In this document: positions 28,653 to 40,092 of the stretch, piece by piece
Layout: the number at the start of each line of letters is the position of its first letter
Numbering within the stretch: position 1 is the first letter of the stretch
Assembly: GCA_965223905.1 (NCBI GenBank)
Contig: CBDCXV010000009.1
Coordinates: forward strand, 1 to 64,000
DNA from: Candidatus Latescibacterota bacterium
GTDB lineage: Bacteria > Latescibacterota > UBA2968 > UBA8231
Length of the DNA: 64,000 bases
Reading direction: 5' to 3'
Program-made: the position numbers and the translations under genes
Notes under the pieces: model-generated
Told to the model about the DNA's origin: nothing
Seen by the model: only the letters and a program-made list of their open reading frames with translations
Databases searched by the model: none

Positions 28653-29807
28653 CTACCAGTTTGTGTACGAGCCGTCGCGCCGGTGCAGGTGCGGCGCCTC
28701 CCAGAACTTCCACTCCTGTTCGGCGGCGAGCTCCTCGTTGAGCTCCACCCCGAGCCCCGGTCCCTCGGGCAGCGGGAAGGAGGTGCCTTCGAGGCGGTGC
28801 TGTTTCGGGAACAGGTCCTCCTCGAAAAGGAACTCCCGCTCCCGCACCTCGAGCCAGGCGAAGTTGGGCACCGCGGCCCCGAAGTGGATGTGGGCGGCGG
28901 TGCTGACCGGCCCCAGCGGATTGTGCGGCATCATGTCGATGTAGTGGGCTTCGCACCAGCCGGCGACCTTCATCGCCTCGGTGAGGCCGCCGACATTGCA
29001 GACGTCGACGCGGGCGAAGTTCGTCAGCCCGCGCTCGATGTACGGCAGGAACGCCCACTTGCTCGAAAACTCCTCGCCGATGGCGAACGGCACCGGGGTC
29101 ATCCCGCGCAGGGCGGCGTAGGCTTCCGGGGATTCGTCGCGGATCGGCTCCTCGAGAAAATCCAGCGTCCCCGGTGGAATCATCTGGCAGAAGGAGGCGG
29201 TCTCGGCGACGTTGAGCCGGTGGTGGTAGTCGATGCCCAGAACCGGTCCGTTTCCCACCTCCTCGCGCACCGCGGTGATCCACTCGGCGGACAGGGCGAT
29301 CGAGTGGCGCGGCTCGTACAGCTGCTCGTCGCCCGGGTCCGAGCTGTTCCCCTCGGCCGGGCCGAAGCGGATCACGTCCCAGCCCTCGGCGATGAGCCGG
29401 CGGGCCCCCTCGACCGCCTGCGGGCCGTCGAGGCCGAAGCTGGTCGGGAACCCGGGGATGCGGTCGCGGTGGGCTCCCCCGAGCAGCTGGTACACCGGAA
29501 TCCCGAGGCTGCGGGCGACGACGTCGTGCAGGGCGATGTCGATGGCGGAGATCGCCCCGGTAAGGATGCGGCCGCCCTCGAAGTACTGGCCGCGGTAGAG
29601 CTCCTGCCAGAGGGCGCCGATGCGCCTCGGGTCGCGTCCGAGAAGGAACTCCCGGTAATGGCGCAGGGCGCCGGCCACGGCCAGCTCGCGCCCGCTGACA
29701 CCGGACTCCCCCAGGCCGAACAGCCCGGTGTCGGTCTCGATCCTGACGATCATCTGATTGCGGCCCCCGGCCCAGACCGGAAACCATTTGACCTCGGCGA
29801 TTCTCAT
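28653..29807 (-). CDS. Mandelate racemase/galactonate dehydratase-like enolase-superfamily protein
   Basis: ISAIDIALHD, IDYHHR, FLEEP, IGEE, MPHNPLGP. Confidence 0.9.
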   Translation of the reverse strand: MRIAEVKWFPVWAGGRNQMIVRIETDTGLFGLGESGVSGRELAVAGALRHYREFLLGRDPRRIGALWQELYRGQYFEGGRILTGAISAIDIALHDVVARSLGIPVYQLLGGAHRDRIPGFPTSFGLDGPQAVEGARRLIAEGWDVIRFGPAEGNSSDPGDEQLYEPRHSIALSAEWITAVREEVGNGPVLGIDYHHRLNVAETASFCQMIPPGTLDFLEEPIRDESPEAYAALRGMTPVPFAIGEEFSSKWAFLPYIERGLTNFARVDVCNVGGLTEAMKVAGWCEAHYIDMMPHNPLGPVSTAAHIHFGAAVPNFAWLEVREREFLFEEDLFPKQHRLEGTSFPLPEGPGLGVELNEELAAEQEWKFWEAPHLHRRDGSYTNW

Positions 29808-30466
29808 TCCGTGCCTCCCACCCAGTTGACGGCGTTGTCGATCAGGCGCAGGAAATCGAGCTCCCAGAAATCCTTCTGGTGCCCCAGGGAAGTGTAGAAG
29901 ATGCGGCCGCGGCGCCCGCTGCCGTGCCTTCGCGTCCAGGCGACCGGCTCGAAATGCTCCGCGGTGCGGCCGCTGAGGAGCAGCTCCGCGTCGCCGGCTA
30001 TCGGCGTGTTCCTGTACAGGCTTCCCTGGGATTCGAACGGCGCGACTCCCTTCAGGACCGGGTGACCGGCCGCCTCGTCCGCGATCTCGACGCGGGCGGC
30101 CACGCCGCTGCCGTAGTGGCCGTCGTAGCTGCCGCCGAGGACCTCGCGGTCGAACTCCAGCCAGTTCTGGTAGGCGTGGCTGGCGGTACGCACTCCGACG
30201 ATCGGCTTGCCGGCCGCGCAGTACTGCCTGAAACGCTCGAGCTCGGCCCCGGTCGTGTTGAGGCGGCGGGTGAAAACCAGAAGGACGTCGGTCTCCTCTT
30301 CGAGCAGCTGCAGCGAAGGATCGTCGTCCTCGCTCCGGTAGGGGATCAGGGTCGCGGAGATCGCCGGAGAATGGTAGCGCAGGTAGTCGCGCAGCACCGT
30401 CAGCGAATCCTCCGAGTCGTACTCGAAGGAGCCGGACAGCATGGTCAAACGCAGGGTCTCTTTCAT
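29804..30466 (-). CDS. ThuA-like domain protein
   Basis: GVRTASHA, EPVAWTR, IFYTSLGH. Confidence 0.85.
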   Translation of the reverse strand: MKETLRLTMLSGSFEYDSEDSLTVLRDYLRYHSPAISATLIPYRSEDDDPSLQLLEEETDVLLVFTRRLNTTGAELERFRQYCAAGKPIVGVRTASHAYQNWLEFDREVLGGSYDGHYGSGVAARVEIADEAAGHPVLKGVAPFESQGSLYRNTPIAGDAELLLSGRTAEHFEPVAWTRRHGSGRRGRIFYTSLGHQKDFWELDFLRLIDNAVNWVGGTE

Positions 30467-30470
30467 CTCT

Positions 30471-31433
30471 TCAACGGGTTTCTATCGACACGGAGGCATG
30501 TTCGGTCAGCGGCGTTTCCCTGATCGGGTGGGAACCGAGCGGCACCTTGCCGAGGATTTCGACCCAGCGCCGGCACCAGTCTTCGTAGTCGGTGTATTTG
30601 GTTTCGGGGCGCGAGCGGCTGCGGGTGACGAAGTGGGGGTAGAGCTCGCGCCCGGTCGGGGTGCCGGTTTTTTGATATCGCAGGTCCATGCTCCAGCGGA
30701 TGCCGTCGGTGAGGTTCGGCGTCGAGCGGTGGGGGATCAGCTTGTGCAGGAGCAGGACGCTGCCCTTGCGCATCGGCAGGGTGACGGCCTCGCGGCTCTC
30801 GAGGTCCTCGTCGTCGATCCCCCAACCCGGACCCTTCCACCACAGCACCGTCCGCTCCCTGTGGACCCCCGGGACGATCTGCAAACAGCCGTTCTCCGGG
30901 GTGGCGTCCACCAGGGGGATCCAGACGGTGAGGATGAAGGTCGAGTCGGCCACTTCCTGGTGCACCTGGGCGTCCTGGTGCCACGGGGCGACGTTCCCGC
31001 TCACCATCCCTTTGCGCTTCTCCGCCTCGGCATCGCCGTCGTCCGTGTCGGGCAGAAAGGACTGCGGCAGCTTGGCGCGGGTATGCTGGATGGGACTGCA
31101 GATGATCTCCGGTCCGACTATCGGTTCGACGACGTCCATCAGGTGGTCGTTGCCGAGGAACTCGAACACCCCGCGGCCGCGGAAAGCCGGGATGTCGATG
31201 TCGTCGTAGATCTCGGTGTTCCCCTCGCAGATGCGCGCCAGGCGGCGTTCGAACGGCTCCTCCTCGAAGGTCATCGACAGCTTGCCGGCGGCGTGCAGGT
31301 CGCGGGAGCGGCGGTCGATGTGATCGGCGTAGTCGCCGATCACCGGGTCGAGATCGCCGTCCTCGAGGACGTCCTCGGCGATCAGGTACCCGTGCTCGTC
31401 AAAATGGACGAGTTGCCCTGCGCTCAGTTGCAT
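30471..31433 (-). CDS. PhyH-family dioxygenase
   Basis: PWHQD, NGCLQIVPGVH, PHRS...RWSMDLRY. Confidence 0.9.
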   Translation of the reverse strand: MQLSAGQLVHFDEHGYLIAEDVLEDGDLDPVIGDYADHIDRRSRDLHAAGKLSMTFEEEPFERRLARICEGNTEIYDDIDIPAFRGRGVFEFLGNDHLMDVVEPIVGPEIICSPIQHTRAKLPQSFLPDTDDGDAEAEKRKGMVSGNVAPWHQDAQVHQEVADSTFILTVWIPLVDATPENGCLQIVPGVHRERTVLWWKGPGWGIDDEDLESREAVTLPMRKGSVLLLHKLIPHRSTPNLTDGIRWSMDLRYQKTGTPTGRELYPHFVTRSRSRPETKYTDYEDWCRRWVEILGKVPLGSHPIRETPLTEHASVSIETR

Positions 31434-31622
31434 CTTTCCTCCTCGTTCGGTGCAGAAGCCGGATAGGAAAAATAACATTTCCGGCAACCGGTGCGGGGTC
31501 TGCCGCGTGTGGGTCCAGCCCGGGGCGATGGGGGCCGACAAGGCAGGATCAATGGGCTTGCCGGTGTTTCGGAACCAGGGCTTTCCATCTTGCGGAACCG
31601 GCGAGACCTCCCTCCGGCAACT

Positions 31623-32435
31623 CTACCGCCGCGCCCCGGCGCCCCGGTACTCGAACCTCGGCTTGGCTCCCGGGGCGTCGACGATTTTGAAATCGCGCGG
31701 CGATTCCTCCCAGGCGGACTGGCACTCGAACCCGAGCAGCCGGCGCAGCAGCGGCGTGGCCGCGGCGACGACCTCGGGCGGCGTCGAGCGCGTGTGGTCG
31801 CAGAAAGGCTTCACCGTGCTGCGGCAGCAGAACCCCTGAATGGCGTAGCGGATCTCCCCCGTCCTGTTGACGCCGCCGCCGTGCAGCAGGCGGGCGTCGA
31901 AGACCAGTATCGTTCCCGGCCTGCAGATGAACATCCGCTCCTCTTCGGGGGGCACCGACTTCGGGTCGATATCCCTGTTGTGGGAGCCGGGCACGAAGCG
32001 CGTGGCGCCGTTCTCGGGGGTGAATTCCGACAGCGCGATCAGCGACTGCGCCATGGTGGGAAACGCGGTGTGGACGTTGAAGGGAGGGTTGGGGACGAAG
32101 GGGCCGCCGTCCCGGTGCAGGCCCTGCGCCTCCATTCCCGGCAGCGGCGAGCGCGCCCCCATGTCGGAGAGGATGCAGTCGGGGCCCAGCAGGTACTCCA
32201 TGCAGGCGACCAGCCGCGGCAACTGGATGATCTCGCGGAACACCTCGGCGCGCGCGGTCAGGTTGTGGGTGCGCCTGGCCCCCGGTTCGTGTTCCTCCGA
32301 GCGCTCTTCCTCATAGCTGGCGCGCAGCGCCTCGACCGCCTCGTCGATCCGGCGCTGTTCGAGCATCCCCTCGAGGATGGTGAAGCCCTGCTCGTCGAGC
32401 TCGCGGAAGTGGGCTTCCATGGCTGAATCGGTCAT
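31623..32435 (-). CDS. PhyH-family dioxygenase
   Basis: LHRD, NGATRFVPGSH, LLHGGG. Confidence 0.9.
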   Translation of the reverse strand: MTDSAMEAHFRELDEQGFTILEGMLEQRRIDEAVEALRASYEEERSEEHEPGARRTHNLTARAEVFREIIQLPRLVACMEYLLGPDCILSDMGARSPLPGMEAQGLHRDGGPFVPNPPFNVHTAFPTMAQSLIALSEFTPENGATRFVPGSHNRDIDPKSVPPEEERMFICRPGTILVFDARLLHGGGVNRTGEIRYAIQGFCCRSTVKPFCDHTRSTPPEVVAAATPLLRRLLGFECQSAWEESPRDFKIVDAPGAKPRFEYRGAGARR

Positions 32436-32737
32436 AACGCTCCCCTATATCAAAATGGATTTACGAACCGATGCCATGGTGATCGTCGACCGCGCGATCT
32501 GCGCTACCTCGACTGAGGCGGCGCCCCCCCTTCCCGGACCACCAGCCGCTTGTCGACGGACGCGTCCAAGAGCCGCTGCAGCGTTCCCCCCGGCCAAGTG
32601 TTTCCGACGCTGTCCGCTTCCGGCGGCAGGGGAAACATGCGAACAATCCTCGCAAAAGCCACAGCCAGGGGTTATATCTGTGCGCAGGGCGAGCCGTTCC
32701 ACCGACCCGGAACGGTAGCAGCCCCCCCCCACCATCC

Positions 32738-34768
32738 ATGTCCACCCTGAAACCGCAACCTGACAGCCCGCCTCCGTTTTCCAGGCGCATTCCCTCCTGT
32801 CCTGGATTTCCAGGAGCGGAAGGGGTCGGATACGGCGTCCTCCGAACCGGTCTCCGCGCGGGCCTTCCTGCTGGGAGCGGCGCTCTGCCTGCTCATCGGC
32901 GTCGGAACGATTTACGGCAACGCCATCGTCCAGGGAACGTTCATGGCCTGCCTTCAGCAACCCGGTGGCGCTCTTCCTGTTCTTCTACCTCGTGCTGGGC
33001 AACCTCCTCGTCGGCGCCATGGCACGCGGGTTCGCCCTGCGCCGCGGGGAGCTGGTGCTGATCTACGCCATGATGATGATTGTCGGCGTCGATCCCCACC
33101 TTCGGGGTGGTAGAGCACCTGCTGCCGATGATCACCGGGGTGTTCTACTACGCCACCCCGGAAAACAAATGGGCAGAGCTGATTCAGCCCCACGTCCCTT
33201 CCTGGATCGCCCCCCGGGAGGAGAGCCTGATCCAGGGCTTCTACGAGGGGCTGCCGCCCGGGGCTCCGATTCCCTGGGAAGGGTGGTTGGAGTCGCTCGC
33301 CTGGTGGTCGGTTTTCCTGATGGCCCTCTGGCTCGTGTCGATCAGTATCATGGTGATCCTGCGCCGGCCCTGGATCGAGGGAGAGCGGCTCCTCTATCCG
33401 ATAATGCAGGTGCCGATCGAGATGGTCGACGGGGGGACCGGGGCCCGGCGCACCGCGGGCCACATCTTCCGGCAGCCGCAGACGTGGATCGGCTTCGCCT
33501 TGCCGGTCCTGGTCGGCACCGCCAACGCCCTGAGCAGCTATTTCCCCCAACTCCCGTCCTTCTACTGGCGGTCGCAACTGAGCCTGTTCAACGACACGAT
33601 CCAAATACCCTTTACGTTCTCCTTCTCCCTGATCGGTTTCTCTTTCTTCATCAACCGCAATCTCGCCCTCGGCATCTGGGTTTTCTACCTGGTGACCCAG
33701 TTCGAGCAGGGGATCTTCAACACCTTCGGCGTGCGCAGCACCGAGAGACTGGGCTGGTTCAGCAATCCCTACTCCCCCTACCTGACCCACCAGGCTTTCG
33801 GGGCGATGATGGTGTTCGCCCTGTATACCCTGTGGAAGGCCCGCGCTCACCTGCTGGCGGTGGCGCGACGGGCGGCCGGCCTGGGACGGGCCGACGACCG
33901 GGAGGAGATCATGTCGTACCGCGCCGCGGCGCTGACCCTGCTGCTCGGTCTCGCGGTGATGGTGGCGTGGCTCGAGGCGGCCGGGATCCCGCTGTTGGCC
34001 GCGCTCCTCCTCGTAGCGGTCGCGCTGCTGATCTTTCTCGCCCTGTCGCGCCTCGTCGCCGAGGCCGGGGTGGCCCTGGCGCGGGCCCCGTTCATCGCAC
34101 CGGATTTCGTGATGGCGACCCTGGGGCGGTCCTTCCTCGGGAGCGGCGGACTGACCGGCCTGGCATACTGCTACCCGTGGACGGCGGACATCGTCACCTT
34201 CCCGATGGCGGCCTGCGGCAACAATCTCAAGATGATCCACGAGATCGTGCGTGGGAGGAAGAGGGCCTTCTTCTGGGGGATGGTGCTGGCCCTCGCCGTG
34301 ACCCTCGCCGGCGCCTGCTGGATCATCCTCTACCTGTCGTACCGGCACGGGGGGGTCAACCTCAACAACTGGTTCTGGCTCAACTCTTCGGATACTCCCC
34401 TCGCCTACATCACCACGATGATGAAAAACCCCTCCACCACCGGTCTGGGGGGGTGGCTGTTCACGGGGTTCGGGGCCGCCCTGATGGGAGTGCTTGTCGT
34501 GGTCCATCAGCGGGTAATGTGGTGGCCGGTCCATCCGCTCGGGCTGGCCATGACCGGCACGATCTTCACCTCGGGGTTGCTGTGGTTCAATGTCTTTCTG
34601 GCCTGGGCGGTGAAGGGGGTGGTGCTCAAATGCGGGGGCGGCGAGCTGTACCGCAAGGCGCGCTATTTCTTTGCCGGAATGATACTCGGCGCCTTCGTCG
34701 CGTCCGGCACCTGGCTGGCGATCGATGCCGTCACCGGCAAGGAGGGGAATTTCGTGCTCTCATGGTGA
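32738..34768 (+). pseudogene. Polytopic membrane protein (DUF6785/DUF6784-like putative transporter), frameshifted near 32951 and 33081 (pseudogene or consensus error)
   Basis: Hydrophobic segments split across frames align with the paralog at 34896-36831 (RAFL.GAALC, FSNP.ALF, VEHLLPMITGVFYYATPEN, WP.HPLG); start uncertain. Confidence 0.65.
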
Positions 34769-34895
34769 CCGGGGGCCCGCTGGTTTGGGCTTTCGCAAGT
34801 TTGCAAGCGGAGGGCGACTGCGGGAGCGTTTACAGCGCAAGCCCGACTCCGGTGCCGCACTGACCCAGGCTGTCACCGCACCTCTCAGGCGCCGG

Positions 34896-36831
34896 TCACT
34901 GCCAGCCGAGGACGAAGTTGTTGGTCATGCCGGTGAAGTGGTCGATGACGAGCCAGGTTCCCGAGACGACGAAAGCCCCCAGGATCATGCCGATGAAGAA
35001 CGAGCGCAGGCTCCTGTAGGCGGCGCTGCCGCCGTACCTCAGCACCCAGCCCTTGATCAGCCAGGCGAGAAACACGTTGAACCACATTACGCCGGAAGTG
35101 AACACCGTGCCTCCCATGGCGAGGCCGAGGGGATGCAGGGGCCAGGAGACGAAGCGCAGCTGGCAGATCATCAGCAGCCACATCATGCCGGCGCCGAAGA
35201 GGGTGAACATCCAGCCCCAGAAGTCGGTGGTCGCGGTACTGTTCAGCATCTGCGCGAGATAGGTGAGCGGGAACTCCGACGAGTAGCGCCACCACCAGTC
35301 GTGCAGGTTGATGCCGCCGTACGAGTACGACAGGTGGATGACGATCCAGAACGAGGAGACCAGGGTCACCAGGATTCCCAGCATCATCGCCCAGAAGAAC
35401 GGCCTGCGCTGCGGCCCCGCCACCGTCTCCTCGATCAGCTTCAGGTTGTTGGCGCACAGAAGCCATCGGGAAGGTGACGATGTCGGCGGTCCAGGGATAG
35501 CAGTAGGCCAGGCCGGTCAGGCCGGATCCTCCCAGCCGCGACACCCCCATGCTGGCCATGATGAAGTCCGGGGCGATGAGGGGCGCGCGCACCAGGGCCA
35601 CACCGGCTTCGACGACGATGCGGCTGAGGGCGATGAAGATGAGAAAGGCGACGGCGAGAAAGAGCGGAACGACCCACAGGGGGATGCCGGCGGCGTTGAG
35701 CCACGCCGTCATCACCGCCAAGCCGCCGACGATGCCGAAGACGGCGCCCCGGTAGGAGATGACCTCCTCGCTGTCGTCGATTCCGGGGTCGCCGGTGAAC
35801 GCCTTGCGCACCACCTGGCGCAGGTGGGTGCGCGCCTTCCACAGGGTGAACAGCGCGAACATCAGCATCGCCCCGAGGGCTTGGTGGGTCAGGTAGGGGG
35901 CCTCGGGGTTGGAGAACCACCCGAGCTTCTCGGTGCTTGCGATGCCGAGAGTGTAGAAGGCCCCGCGCTCGATGATCGTCAGGAGATAGAAGACCCAGAT
36001 GCCGAGTCCGAGCGGCTGGCTGATGAAGTAGGAGAACCCCAGCAGCGAGAAGGAGACCTGCATGGGCACGCTCACCCCGAGAATCGTGAACCCCGCGCTC
36101 ATGCTGATGCCCCGGAAATAGGGGGAGTAGTGGCTGAGGCCGTTGATCGAACCGATGACTACCGGCAGGGCGAAGCCGATCCAGAACAGCGACCGTCGCA
36201 GCAGGGGCGGGACCGCCGCCATGGGACCGCTGTCCTGTTCCGATGCGACCAGCTCGATGGGCGCCTGCATCATCGGGTAGAGGAGACGTTCCCCCTGGAT
36301 CCACTGCTTGCGCAGCAGCACCATCAGGCAGATGGAGACCAGGTGCAGGGACAGCAGGAACAGGAGCCAGGCCGACAGCGATACCATCCATCCGCCCCAG
36401 GGGATCCCCTCCCCCTGGGGCAGTCCCTCGTAGAACCCGCGGATCACCCCCTCCTCGCTGGGAGCGATCCACCCGGGGACCATCGGCTGGATGAGGTCGA
36501 CCCAGCCGTTCTCCGGCGTCGCGTAGTAGAAGACGCCGGTAATCATCGGCAGCAGGTGCTCGACGAGGCCGAAGGTCGGCAGCGAGGCCGACACGAACAT
36601 CATCGCGAAGATGAGGACGAGCTCCTCGCGGCGCAGGGAGAGGCGGCGCGCCGCCAAGCCGACGAGGATGTTGCCCAGGACGAGGTAGAAGAAGAAGAAG
36701 AGGGCGATCGGGTTGCTGAAGCACCAGGCGACGAAACTGCCGCGGATGATGGTGTTGGCGTAGATGGCGCTGGTGCCGATGGTGGCGCACAGCGCCGCCC
36801 CGATCAGGAACGCCCGGAATCGGAGGATCAC
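34896..36831 (-). pseudogene. Paralogous polytopic membrane protein with one extra base near 35456
   Basis: Frame shifts at TFPMAS/CANNLK relative to the paralog's TFPMAACGNNLK; C-terminal part is ORF 34896-35423. Confidence 0.7.
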
Positions 36832-37074
36832 GGCGCTGGCGTCCTGTCCAGGAGATGGATTGCAGGGATTCGGCCGCGAGACGGGATTGAGGCAAAAAAC
36901 CGCGCGGAGGAAGATTTCATTGAGCCGCGATTTTTCCCTCGAATGGATCGGCGGGAGTATGGCAGGGGAATATTGGGACAGGGCTATCGGTCAGCCGGGA
37001 CCCACTGCTCCGGGGCGCCGCGGGGAACCGGCAACGGCCGTGCAGCTCGATGTCGGAATCGATGGGCAACGTGT

Positions 37075-37910
37075 TCAGCCTTCTCCCGGAAGGCGGATGC
37101 GGGACAGGGCCGCCTCGTCGATTCGGACCTCACCGGCGTACTGTACCCGCAGCTCTTCGATGTACCCGTTGAAGAGTTCCTCCCTGCGGATCATGTTGAG
37201 GATGCCGCGGATACGGGGCGCCTCCTCCTCCAGCCCCTGGACCCCGGCAGCCGGGGCCAGCTGCACGGCGTAGCTGTCGGGGTCGGCCGGGGCTGACCCG
37301 CGCGCTTCCATTGCCCGCGCGTCCACCAGGTGTCCCCCACCCTGCTCTCGACTGGTCAGTCGGGAGTGGATTGCGCCGAGATCGAATCCGTTCACCAGGT
37401 AGAGGTCGAGGTGGCCGTCGCCGTCGAAGTCGGCGCCGCCGCCGGCAGCCATCGTCTCGATCAGAAAATAGTCCCCGGCCGAACCTTTGACGTGATCGAA
37501 ATCGATACCCGAGCCGCCCGGCAGGGGCGTCCCCGGGAAGCCCGCCAAGCCCTGACCCGGGCGGTCCAACTCGACTCCACCCACTGGCAGGCCTGGCTCA
37601 ACCTCGGCACGCTGAGGTCCGCGGCGGGGACCCGCGTGGGGCGCTGCCGATCTTCCGCGTGGCTCGCGGCGCTCCCGGGCGGCTCGAACCCTGGATGGAC
37701 CTGGCCGGCGCCTACCGCAGGGCCGTGCAGGCGGCGCCGGACGCCCATCACCCTTACGGCGGCTTGCTGCGGGCCCTGATGATGGCAGGGCAGCCGGATC
37801 GCGCCCGCGAGGTTCTGGAAGATGCGGTCGAGCGCTTCCCGGGCCGCGCCCGCTCCTTCCGGGAGGCCTTCGGCCGCCTGGAAGCCAGCCGGAGCGGCGG
37901 CGTCCGCTGA
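37075..37910. pseudogene. Mosaic of gene fragments: foldase-like C-terminus (-), FG-GAP/CRTAC1-like piece (-), TPR piece (+)
   Basis: REELFNGYIEELRVQYAGEVRIDEAAL; GIDFDH..GS..DYFLIETM..G..DFDGDGHLDLYLVNG; RAVQLDSTHWQAWLNLG; no full-length ORF. Confidence 0.5.
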
Positions 37911-38041
37911 CCATCCAGAAACGCCGGCCGCATGCTTGACGCGCGAGCGGCCCCTTACATCTTCCCGCTTCCCGTGCGGGTCAGCGCGGACCGCGGGGAC
38001 CTTTCGTTCCGCGGCAACCGGTTACCAGACGAGGACAACCG

Positions 38042-38911
38042 ATGGACAACATCTATCTGCGATGGGCGGGGTGCGGCCACTTCGACGTGCTGATGGGGGA
38101 TGTCAACATCTGCTTCGATCCCTACCTGTTCGGCGACAACCTCGAGGCCGCCGAGCCGATCTTCGACTACATCTTCATCAGTCACGAGCACTTCGACCAC
38201 GCCCATCCGAAGACGCTGAAGAAGCTGTGCCGGGGGGACCGCTTCAAGAAGCTTTTCGTGCCGATCGGCTGCCTGACGCCGAACGAGCCGGTCCACGGCA
38301 AGTATGGCTATGCCGCCTTCGATCGCGACCTGCCGATCACCAAGCACATCCCGGTCGACAAGGTGCAGGTGGCCTACCCGAAATACCAGGACGAAGAGAA
38401 GAACGGCCGCCGCGATTTCCCCGGACCGTTCGAATTCGATCTCGGGCCGCTGCAGGTAGAGGTGTACGAAAGCGGCGAGAACGCGCGGCCCGACCTGCCC
38501 ACCTGTGCATACCACGTGGTGCACGCGGAGCGGGACGTCTCCGTGTTCCACACCGGCGACCTGCACGGCGCCTACCCTCCCCTGGAGCGGATGCGGGGAC
38601 GGGTCGACTATCTCGTGCACATGAAGACCCCGATCGGGCCCCTGGTCGAAGCGGTGCAGCCCCGCTTCGTGGTGCCCACGCACTACCGCACGGACCGCGA
38701 GACGGAGCCGATCCCCGCGGGCCACTGGCCGCCCAACCTCACCGACGTCAACGCCTTCCTCGAAGATATGCGCGAGCAGATCGGCGACAGGGCCACCATG
38801 CTGCCGTTTACCGCCCCGATGCAGTACGAAGTCGAGATGCCTTCAAAGAAGGTGAAGTGGGCCTGGGAATGGTTCAACTCGTGGGACGTGCCCAAATGGA
38901 TAGAGGAGTAA
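38042..38911 (+). CDS. MBL-fold metallo-hydrolase (UlaG-like)
   Basis: FDPYL, SHEHFDH, FHTGD, VPTHY; GAGG RBS. Confidence 0.88.
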   Translation: MDNIYLRWAGCGHFDVLMGDVNICFDPYLFGDNLEAAEPIFDYIFISHEHFDHAHPKTLKKLCRGDRFKKLFVPIGCLTPNEPVHGKYGYAAFDRDLPITKHIPVDKVQVAYPKYQDEEKNGRRDFPGPFEFDLGPLQVEVYESGENARPDLPTCAYHVVHAERDVSVFHTGDLHGAYPPLERMRGRVDYLVHMKTPIGPLVEAVQPRFVVPTHYRTDRETEPIPAGHWPPNLTDVNAFLEDMREQIGDRATMLPFTAPMQYEVEMPSKKVKWAWEWFNSWDVPKWIEE

Positions 38912-39531
38912 CCCCTTGCCGACCCGGGAAATCGCTTGCGTTCCGGGCGAGGGGGCCGCAAAATGAAGAGTTCGGGGAAGCGGAGGGGTCGTTCACCCAC
39001 CGGTCGCCGCCCGAGCCGGCGTCGATCAGGGTGCCGGCGGCCGGGGCCGGCGTCTACGAGGTCAAGGTCGACTCGCCGCGCTGGTACGGCTGGAGCGAAC
39101 CGAGCATGCCGGCGGTGCTGGCCGGCGAGCCCACTGCCGATGGCGGGGCCCGGTTCTCGCTGATGCTGGCCCTGGGACGGCACTGGTTCTTCGGCGTTCC
39201 CGAGGGAACGAGAGAATTCCGGGTGCGCGTCGAGCTCGCCGATCCCAACCACGCGCTGCAGGTCGAGATCAACGCCCCGGACCGGATCGTCCAGGTGCTG
39301 TACGCACAGGGGGGCGCCCCGCGGGAGGTGACGGTGCCTGTTCCGGACGGACTCGACGGAAAGGTCTGGTTCCTGAAGCTGTCGGCCGGCAGCTCCACCC
39401 GGCTCCTCGGTCAGGGCGCCGGCAACCGGCGTACCGTGCAGATCGACCCAGACCTCGAGCTGCACGGCGTACCCGGGTACCTGGCCCCGACCTGGGAGCA
39501 GTGGTTCCACCCTGGGGATCCGTCCTCTTGA
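38912..39531 (+). pseudogene. C-terminal fragment of a hypothetical protein, no clear start
   Basis: Protein-like stretch ending HGVPGYLAPTWEQWFHP in the 37822 frame, lacking an evident start codon and RBS. Confidence 0.4.
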
Positions 39532-40092
39532 GTCCTGCCGGAGAAATGGGGAGCGCCGCCGGATTCAGCTTCTTGACAGCACCATGCTGGTTCCCCGGTA
39601 CGACTCGCTCAGGGCTTGCGAGCCGGGTGCCTCGGTGGGCCGAATTTTTGCAATCCATTTCCGGGACAGGACACTGGGAGCCCGGGGACGAGGCAAACTT
39701 GGCTTGCCGGGAGTGACCGGCTTGCACCGGCAGCCCGACCGTCCGGCCCTTCCGTAACCTGATCCCGCCGGGGACCCGGGGGAGAGCCCAGGTGCGCGGA
39801 AATGCGGGGAGTCCGGGCAAAGCCGGGGTAGGGCGCTTCCAGGAATCTACCCCGTAAAGCAGGGCGGGCTGGTTCCGCCGCTACCGAAGATGGAGGTGCA
39901 GGCTCCGTACGAGCAGTTTCGGCCGGGTGAGGCAAGCGCCTCCAGGGGTTTGCTCACTGGTCATTCTTCGGGGCGGAAATCCCGCCCGCCAAAGGAGGAG
40001 CGGTCCCGAGGCAACCCGGGTAAGCGCCGCGGCAATGGGCGGGACGCCAGCAGCCGGCAGCGAACCGTGCCCAAATCCCTCTGACGTCCTGC

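Noticed and set aside
39690-39860. RNase P, SRP or tRNA-like fragments (AGTCCGGGC; CCGGTGCAAGCCGG)
   Set aside because: The conserved cores GAGGAAAGTCC, GGAAGGAAGCAG and TTCGA are missing; kept only as an unassigned structured region
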